Origin: Candidatus Thorarchaeota archaeon
Lineage (GTDB): Archaea; Asgardarchaeota; Thorarchaeia; Thorarchaeales; Thorarchaeaceae
DNA length: 23,695 bases
Direction: 5' to 3'
NCBI GenBank assembly: GCA_046758445.1
Contig: JBHIAE010000043.1
Location: 1-23,695 of the forward strand
The position numbers were made by a program, and so were the translations under genes. The notes under the pieces are model-generated. The model was not told the origin of the DNA. It did no database searches and saw only the letters and a program-made list of their open reading frames with translations. Below are positions 17,563-23,695 of the stretch, piece after piece; positions within the stretch are counted from its first letter, which is position 1, and each line of letters starts with the position of its first letter.

Positions 17563-18629
17563 TGGTTAATGTTGCAGTGCAAGGTATGACCAGGAGGTTT
17601 AGAGACGGCACAAGTATTGGACCTATAGACTTACAGGTCCAAGATGGTGAATTCATGACTCTACTCGGTCCCAGCGGGTCGGGAAAGACAACAACACTTC
17701 GGATGGTGGCTGGCTTCATCTCACCTCAATCTGGTAGAATCTTGTTTGACCAGCGTGAGGTGACTCATGTTTCCCCAAGAGAGAGAAACATTGGCATGGT
17801 CTTCCAATCAGTTGCATTGTTTCCGAACATGAATGTGTATCAGAATATCGCATTTGGATTAGAAATGGCGAACTGGAGCCGAGAGGCCACTGTGGAACGA
17901 GTTGAATACCTCGCTGACCTTCTTGGAATCCGAGGACTTCTTCACAGGAAGATTCGTGAAGTCAGCGGCGGCGAAGGGCAACGGATTGCACTGGCGAGAG
18001 CGCTTGCTAAGGAACCAAGCCTTTTGCTTCTTGACGAGCCATTATCAGCTTTGGATCCGCAACTCAGAGAACGTCTGCAAACGGAAATCAAGAGAACTCA
18101 GAGGGAGCTAGGGGTCACAACTATCTATGTGACTCATAGTCAAGACGAAGCCTTTGCCATCTCAGATCAGGTTGCGATACTCAACGAAGGAAGAGTGTGG
18201 CAGGTTGGCTACCCAGAGGATCTCTATGACAGACCTGCGAGTGAATTCGTGGCGAGGTTCCTCGGGGGTGGAAATATCCTCTATGGCAACGTGGTTGATT
18301 CATCCAAGGACCACATTCTTGTGGAGTCTAACGAGGGTCATTTCTGGATTCAAGGAACTAGGCCAAAAGGGGCAGATGTGAAGTTCACTGTGAAGCCGGA
18401 GGACGTATCTGTGTCTATGACACCCCAGGATGGACAGGGCAGCGCAAAGGTTGTGTCGGTTGTCTCTCAAGTCGGGGCATTCAGGGTCACAATGGACATC
18501 GGGGGAGAGCCCTTGGTGGCAATAGTGACCGATGAGTCACTGGGCCGTGCCTTGAAGTCACAGGTCGGGGCAAGTGTGCACTTCAACATCACACCTTATA
18601 GAGCAATAGCTCTTGATGACGGCCCATAG
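17559..18629 (+). CDS. thiQ: ABC transporter ATP-binding protein (thiamine system, PotA/FbpC-like)
   Basis: Walker A GPSGSGKT, signature VSGGEGQR, Walker B LLLLDEP and H-loop VTHSQ. Start 17559 overlaps the permease stop (ATGA); the ORF track gives 17499. Confidence 0.9.
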   Translation: MMVNVAVQGMTRRFRDGTSIGPIDLQVQDGEFMTLLGPSGSGKTTTLRMVAGFISPQSGRILFDQREVTHVSPRERNIGMVFQSVALFPNMNVYQNIAFGLEMANWSREATVERVEYLADLLGIRGLLHRKIREVSGGEGQRIALARALAKEPSLLLLDEPLSALDPQLRERLQTEIKRTQRELGVTTIYVTHSQDEAFAISDQVAILNEGRVWQVGYPEDLYDRPASEFVARFLGGGNILYGNVVDSSKDHILVESNEGHFWIQGTRPKGADVKFTVKPEDVSVSMTPQDGQGSAKVVSVVSQVGAFRVTMDIGGEPLVAIVTDESLGRALKSQVGASVHFNITPYRAIALDDGP

Positions 18630-18641
18630 TACACGGCCCGT

Positions 18642-19616
18642 CTAGGCTATTACGTCTTCCCCTGAAACATCATCCCTTGTAACTTGTGTGTCTGCGGTTG
18701 TTGCAGACACAAGTCCTCGTTCCACCGTGGTCAGGACTCTGTCCCGGATTGTTTCTCCAGAGCCAAGCATGTCAGGAATCTTATACTCTGCCACAAGCAG
18801 GTCAATCATCTTCGAAGTGGCCCTGTTCTTCACAAACATGAAGATCAAAGTGAAGTTCATGACGATCGAGAATAGAGGACCTAGAGCAACCAGGATTATG
18901 AAGATGGGAAGCCAAGGTGCATCGAGCCCAGTCGCCAGAGTTAGCTCCAGCCAGACAAGGATAATATCCACACCTGCAAAGAACTCAAGAATGTCTTCTA
19001 AATCATCGCCCACGTTGCTCAGGGAGCGGTCTCTAAGGTCGAGATGGAAGAGTCCAGCGTCCTTGATCACCCAGGGACCATAGTATAGAGCCAGTACAGT
19101 GAATGGGAGTATTGCTGTGGACAGTATAACAACCCAGCCACCGAAGTACACTATGTCGGCTGTTTCTGCTACGACCATCAGGTCGAACCCCATTACGGTG
19201 AGAGCCATTCCCACAACGAGAACGGAGCCATAGAGTGATCTTCTGAGCACTGTTCCCATGCTTTGGTCCACAGTATCAGGACTGACAAAGTACTCACCGG
19301 TGCCACGCTTGAAGAATCGATGTATTCTCAAAGGCAATGAAGCCGATCGAGGAAACTTGACGAGGATGAAACACAGTATACCTCCGACCAAAGTAGCTCC
19401 CAAAGACCCTATCAGCATCACCAACGTGTATGGACCAAGATTCGACATAGATAGGCTGATGAGTCCAAAGAAGGAGAGCACGTACAGAAGGCCCCAAGTG
19501 GACCCAACCATAATCAGCGTTGATATGATGAAACCAGCGATTAGCTCCAGAACGCTCAGCTTCTTTGCCTTCCCAATATGCTCATCGTACAACGCTGATA
19601 GTGTCTGTTGCGTCAT
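18642..19616 (-). CDS. Hypothetical multi-pass membrane protein (about 324 aa)
   Basis: About six hydrophobic segments in a long ORF. The probable start is ATG 19616 (MTQQTLS); the ORF track gives 19766. Confidence 0.75.
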   Translation of the reverse strand: MTQQTLSALYDEHIGKAKKLSVLELIAGFIISTLIMVGSTWGLLYVLSFFGLISLSMSNLGPYTLVMLIGSLGATLVGGILCFILVKFPRSASLPLRIHRFFKRGTGEYFVSPDTVDQSMGTVLRRSLYGSVLVVGMALTVMGFDLMVVAETADIVYFGGWVVILSTAILPFTVLALYYGPWVIKDAGLFHLDLRDRSLSNVGDDLEDILEFFAGVDIILVWLELTLATGLDAPWLPIFIILVALGPLFSIVMNFTLIFMFVKNRATSKMIDLLVAEYKIPDMLGSGETIRDRVLTTVERGLVSATTADTQVTRDDVSGEDVIA

Positions 19617-19875
19617 TTCTACCAACGTAACCCATGTTCGTCGGTGGTAGATAAGGATTCTCCAACTTGACTCTGAAATCGACTCAGTTTCATTTCGCAA
19701 GGTGAAACCTGATAATCCAACACAACAAGTCTCATATATCACAAGTAGCGATATGCAGCTGTCCACAGAGATGACCCTATCTTTGGTAGTCTTCGATTGC
19801 TCAAGTTCTGCAGCGGCGCAACAGAAATTGACGTCAAGAAGACGGTGAGGACAAGAAGAACCGTAGTGGTGAGCG

Positions 19876-20784
19876 ATGGTCGTCGGGTATGAGGTTTCGG
19901 AGGATGGAACCCTCCAAGAAGTGGAGATTACAAAGGCGGACCTGGACTCTCAGAAGGTAGTGTGCGTGGTTGATGATGAAACCAAGTCGATCTATCTGTG
20001 GAAGGGGAACCAGGCCGGGATCAGACGGAAGTTCATTGGAGCACGTGTAGCGACCAATCTGAGAACTGAATACGGATTCCATTTCAAAGTGAGAGCAGTC
20101 GACGAGGGTGAAGAGCCACCAACTTTCTTCACAGCCCTCGATGGAACCACAGCCGCCACACGAGTCCTGAAGCCTGGAGAACCAGCGCCACCTCCATCTC
20201 CACCTAAGCCAAAGGCCAAGGCGCCTGCGGCCGAAGCCGCTCCCTCAGCACCGCCACCGAAACCAAAGGCTGCAGCACCAAAGCCTTCAGCGGCTGCGAA
20301 GCCTCCGCCTCCCAGACCGGCAGCGGCCAGAGCAGCCCCCGCAGCTCCACCTCCAGTTGCAGCAACCTCTGGGGAGATAGACTCAATGATTCAGGAGCTG
20401 CAGGACACTGACCCTCCCGAAGGATATCAGAGAGAACTGCTGATTGTATACAATGAGTTGTTCACAGTAGCAGAGCACAAGGTCTCTGTGTTCGGTCAGG
20501 AGAAGGTTGAGAGGAAGTTTGAGAAGGTGAAGGATCCTCCCGAAGGAACCTTCATGGCGGAGGGCTTCATTCCAAGAGTGATTGTCAAAGAAGGAAGAGT
20601 GCTTGGAATCGAGCTACTCAAGGGCACTCCAGAGGCAATCCTCAGCCCCATAAAACAGGAAATGAAAGAAAGACTGGGCGACCTGATAAGCTTCTTCAGG
20701 TCGGAAACCGTTCAAGCACCCAAGAAACGTGCGAAGAAACCTGCCAAGGGTGCCAAAAAGAAGAAGAAACTCGTAGCGAAGTAA
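19876..20784 (+). CDS. Gelsolin-domain protein with Pro/Ala-rich linker, unknown C-terminal domain and Lys-rich tail
   Basis: The N-terminal ~90 aa carry a gelsolin-repeat pattern: DLDSQKVVCVVDD...IYLWKGNQAG...KFIGARVATNL...VDEGEEPPTFF. SD-like GGTGA upstream. Confidence 0.82.
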   Translation: MVVGYEVSEDGTLQEVEITKADLDSQKVVCVVDDETKSIYLWKGNQAGIRRKFIGARVATNLRTEYGFHFKVRAVDEGEEPPTFFTALDGTTAATRVLKPGEPAPPPSPPKPKAKAPAAEAAPSAPPPKPKAAAPKPSAAAKPPPPRPAAARAAPAAPPPVAATSGEIDSMIQELQDTDPPEGYQRELLIVYNELFTVAEHKVSVFGQEKVERKFEKVKDPPEGTFMAEGFIPRVIVKEGRVLGIELLKGTPEAILSPIKQEMKERLGDLISFFRSETVQAPKKRAKKPAKGAKKKKKLVAK

Positions 20785-21209
20785 TGAGTTCAACAGACGC
20801 AGACAAGGAGCGAGAGAACATGTCACAACATCTTGACCCCCAGAAGGAGAAGGAGCTTGTTGAGCTCTTGATGGGTCTAACGAATTACGCAGATTTAGAT
20901 GCTATCGCGGTGGTAAGCAAGCAAGGAGTGAAGCTGGCATATTTCGCCACAGAGGATTCTGATGCAGATCCTGATTTGATGGCAGCTGTCAGTGCTGCAC
21001 TGCTAATGACTGGCGAGATGGCTGCAGGCAAGCTGGAGCTAGGAGGTCTCTTCGAGGTCACGGTCAGGGGACAGCAGGGCTTTGCGGTTCTATCTCAAGC
21101 CGGTGAGTTCCTGTTGATGGGCTCTGCAAAAGACCTGACATCCATGGGCCTGGCAGTTACGCAGATGAGAAAGTATGCCAAGGAAGTAGGAGATCTACTT
21201 TCTAAATAG
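20784..21209 (+). CDS. Roadblock/LC7 (MglB/LAMTOR2-like) domain protein
   Basis: DAIAVVSKQGV...DLMAAVSAALL..GE.A...LELG.L.EV.VRG..G..VL...GE.LL........MGL...QMR pattern. The start overlaps the upstream stop (TAATG); alternative start 20820. Confidence 0.9.
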   Translation: MSSTDADKERENMSQHLDPQKEKELVELLMGLTNYADLDAIAVVSKQGVKLAYFATEDSDADPDLMAAVSAALLMTGEMAAGKLELGGLFEVTVRGQQGFAVLSQAGEFLLMGSAKDLTSMGLAVTQMRKYAKEVGDLLSK

Positions 21210-21444
21210 CAATCCGTGCCGCTGGCCCGCATAAGTAATTCCGGTATCAAGCGGAATCTGAGTTCCACAAACAATATGTAACGGAAACCGAGTACTCCGC
21301 ATAGAAGATTGATTAAAGTGCTCTCTGGGGGTGCTGCCTGACCACATCCATTCTGACCTGAATAACACCAAATGATATGAGTTACTTATCGCGCGCGGCA
21401 AAGCTTATGAACTTCAATCTGAGAGCTCTATTTGGTTGTAAGAC

Positions 21445-22365
21445 GTGCATCGCTGTTTAGCATTTCAATTGGTTCTCGGATTGCTGCTGATTTTGCCTGC
21501 TGGTAGTTCCATTACTCACTTGATGCAGTCACAGAGAGTGGGGTATGAGATCGCAGAGGTTGAGCTCTCAATTGAACTCACATGGTTTACCGATAGTGAA
21601 GTGGAGGGGCTCGCAACCGACGGAGAGCATTTCTACATCAGCACCGCAGAAACTGTGTTCGGCAACGGCGATGCTTGGTTATACAAGCTATTCACTAACG
21701 GAACCTACATTGATGAAGTACTTGTGCGCGACGGCACGCTCAATCATGGTGGCGGGATGGTCTTCTATGATGGACTTCTTTGGATTCCTCTTTCAGAAAG
21801 AGGGCTTGTTCCTAATAACCCCTCCAAGATTGTCCGATATGATACTAACCTTTCGTTCGTTGATGAGTGGATTAACAGCAGCTCCATTGGTAATGCGCAC
21901 TGGGGCGGAATATTCATCCTTCCTCTGCTAGAGAGAGTCTATGTTGCAAACTACGGAACCAGTAGTCTCTACGTGTATGACCTTGACAGGAATCGCTTGA
22001 ATGATATTAGACCTCCACCATCGGAAAACATTCAGGATTTCGTAGAAGTGGATGGAGTAATTTACGGCTCAAAACATGGAGCATCCTTGGATGCAATTCA
22101 TGTGTGGGAAGCAGCTGATTCCTATGGGAACTCTCTACAATCAATTGGTGTTATGGAAACCGATGGAGCTAATAGTGGTCTAACTTGGTTTGATGGAGCA
22201 TTTTGGACATGCGAAGGCTTGGGTTCGGCAACTTTGCATAAGCTCAGTGGTTTGATAACAACATTCCCAAGTGCTAATGGAAACGACCTAGTACTCATGA
22301 CTACTATAGTCTCCATAATTTGCCTAGTATTGGGAATTGCGATCTATCTCAAGATTCGCAAATGA
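21445..22365 (+). CDS. Secreted, membrane-anchored beta-propeller-like protein (DUF6454-like)
   Basis: N-terminal signal peptide; blade-like motifs EGLATDGEHFYIS, HGGGMVFYDGLLWIP and SGLTWFDGAFW; C-terminal TM helix plus basic tail (LKIRK). Confidence 0.65.
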   Translation: MHRCLAFQLVLGLLLILPAGSSITHLMQSQRVGYEIAEVELSIELTWFTDSEVEGLATDGEHFYISTAETVFGNGDAWLYKLFTNGTYIDEVLVRDGTLNHGGGMVFYDGLLWIPLSERGLVPNNPSKIVRYDTNLSFVDEWINSSSIGNAHWGGIFILPLLERVYVANYGTSSLYVYDLDRNRLNDIRPPPSENIQDFVEVDGVIYGSKHGASLDAIHVWEAADSYGNSLQSIGVMETDGANSGLTWFDGAFWTCEGLGSATLHKLSGLITTFPSANGNDLVLMTTIVSIICLVLGIAIYLKIRK

Positions 22366-22502
22366 CTCGTCAGAAAACTCCAATTTGGGCCTCTATATAC
22401 GCAAATGTGCGCGCCCACTGTCACCGTCATTTGCGGTAGACATAGAGTAGAAGGAAAACAATATACGTCGGACACAAGCCTCCGAATACGGGGCGAAATC
22501 TG

Positions 22503-23695
22503 TTGAAGCTTGACATCACATCCAGAGCGTCTAACCTCAGGTATGCCATTAGAGACATTGTGGTTGCGGCCAGAGAGTACGAGAAACAGAAGGGGGAGAG
22601 ACCTCTCTATCTCAACATAGGCGACCCAATCAAGTATGATTGGAAGACTCCCGACTTCATGGTGGAGGCCATGTGCGAAGCTGCAAAGGATGGCGTGAAT
22701 GGCTATGCACCGTCAGAGGGCCTTGATGAGCTAAAACAAGCGGCTGCAGAGAAGGAAAAGCGTGTCAATGGAATTGACGTAGACCCGTCAAGAATCATTG
22801 CGACTGCTGGGGTGTCAGAGGCCATACAGTTCCTAGCGGGCGCGCTCGTGAAAAACGGCTCTGAGTTGCTGGTACCCGGCCCCTCATATCCACCCTACAT
22901 CTCTTACGTTGGTTACTTCGGTGGTGTCCCCGTGGAGTACAAGACCGTAGAGGAAGAAGACTGGTCTCCAGACACCGAAGACCTAAGGAACAAGATTAGT
23001 GAGAAGACAGTCGGGATCCTTGTCATCAATCCGAACAACCCTACAGGCGCTGTCTATGATGCAAGGACACTCAGAGAGATAGCCTCCATTGCGGGAGAGC
23101 ACAATCTGCCTCTGATCACTGATGAGATCTATGATCAATTGACCTTCGACAAGGTGCAGACACCAATGGTTCAAGCGGCGAAGGACATCCCGGTCGTTGG
23201 ATTCAATGGGGTGAGCAAGGTCTACCTCGCACCTGGTTGGAGAGTAGGGTATGTCTATTATCACGATGGAGATGGAGAGCTGGAGCCTCTCCGAGATGCG
23301 ATGGTTCGTCAGGCCCGGATTAGGATATGCAACAATGGTCCTGCCCAATTGGCCGCAGTGGCGGCCTTCCAAAGTGATGGTAGCCACCTAGCAGAAGTCG
23401 TGAGGAAGCTCCGAGAGAGAAGAGATTCGATCTGGAAACGTCTGAACGCCACAGACTCAATTTCGACCACGCTCCCACAGGCGGCCTTCTATATAATGCC
23501 CAAGATTGAGCTGAAGGGGAGATGGAGAAACGATACAGATTTCGTTCTTGATGTACTGCGTGAAACCGGTGTGGTGTTTGTGCCTGGCTCTGGCTTTGGT
23601 CCCAAGTATGGCAGCAGTCACTTCAGAAGCGTCTTCCTCCCGCCACCTGACATGATTTCAGAGGCGATGGATAGACTTCAGGAATTCATGAGCGC
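22503..23695 (+). CDS. PLP-dependent aminotransferase class I/II, probably alanine aminotransferase; runs off the window end and is absent from the ORF track
   Basis: Manual translation from TTG 22503 gives MKLDITSRASNLRYAIRDIVVAA...LNIGDP...GYAPSEG...TAGVSEAI...INPNNPTGAVY...DEIY...NGVSKVYLAPGWRVGY. The frame is open to the last base. Confidence 0.93.
   Translation, partial: MKLDITSRASNLRYAIRDIVVAAREYEKQKGERPLYLNIGDPIKYDWKTPDFMVEAMCEAAKDGVNGYAPSEGLDELKQAAAEKEKRVNGIDVDPSRIIATAGVSEAIQFLAGALVKNGSELLVPGPSYPPYISYVGYFGGVPVEYKTVEEEDWSPDTEDLRNKISEKTVGILVINPNNPTGAVYDARTLREIASIAGEHNLPLITDEIYDQLTFDKVQTPMVQAAKDIPVVGFNGVSKVYLAPGWRVGYVYYHDGDGELEPLRDAMVRQARIRICNNGPAQLAAVAAFQSDGSHLAEVVRKLRERRDSIWKRLNATDSISTTLPQAAFYIMPKIELKGRWRNDTDFVLDVLRETGVVFVPGSGFGPKYGSSHFRSVFLPPPDMISEAMDRLQEFMS

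Noticed and set aside
20170-20370. GC-rich low-complexity stretch as a DNA repeat or CRISPR-like array
   Set aside because: It is explained by Pro/Ala/Lys codons of the linker and shows no fixed repeat-spacer periodicity.
168-23387. Numerous short antisense or overlapping ORFs in the track (e.g. 971-1399, 3824-4336, 6481-6990, 9413-9805, 22983-23387)
   Set aside because: They are shadows of well-supported genes on the other strand or frame and have no recognisable motifs.

Overview
A gene-dense archaeal window of roughly 50% GC. It is probably from an Asgard archaeon (Thorarchaeia-like), inferred from a gelsolin-domain gene translationally coupled to a roadblock/LC7 gene, a group II chaperonin and an archaeal Rpo6. 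It carries housekeeping genes (thermosome, rpoK, hisS, a MEMO1/AmrB homologue, an alanine aminotransferase cut off by the window end), membrane and transport genes (MgtC/DUF4010, an MFS transporter), two GNAT acetyltransferases, an orphan glycyl-radical activating enzyme and a six-repeat Ig-like surface glycoprotein. It also carries a divergent ThiR regulator and thiamine ABC transporter with a visible tandem palindromic operator. No mobile elements, CRISPR arrays, rRNA or canonical tRNA were seen. The most interesting observations are: (1) RNA polymerase subunit Rpo6 fused to a tethered (HhH)2 domain, (2) a long structured hisS leader with a tRNA-His-like acceptor helix and an anti-SD segment, (3) a gelsolin / polyproline / unknown domain / polybasic tail protein coupled to a roadblock protein and preceded by a structured leader, and (4) a cloverleaf-like structure at the start of the window. 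All family assignments come from motif recognition by eye; no database searches were run.
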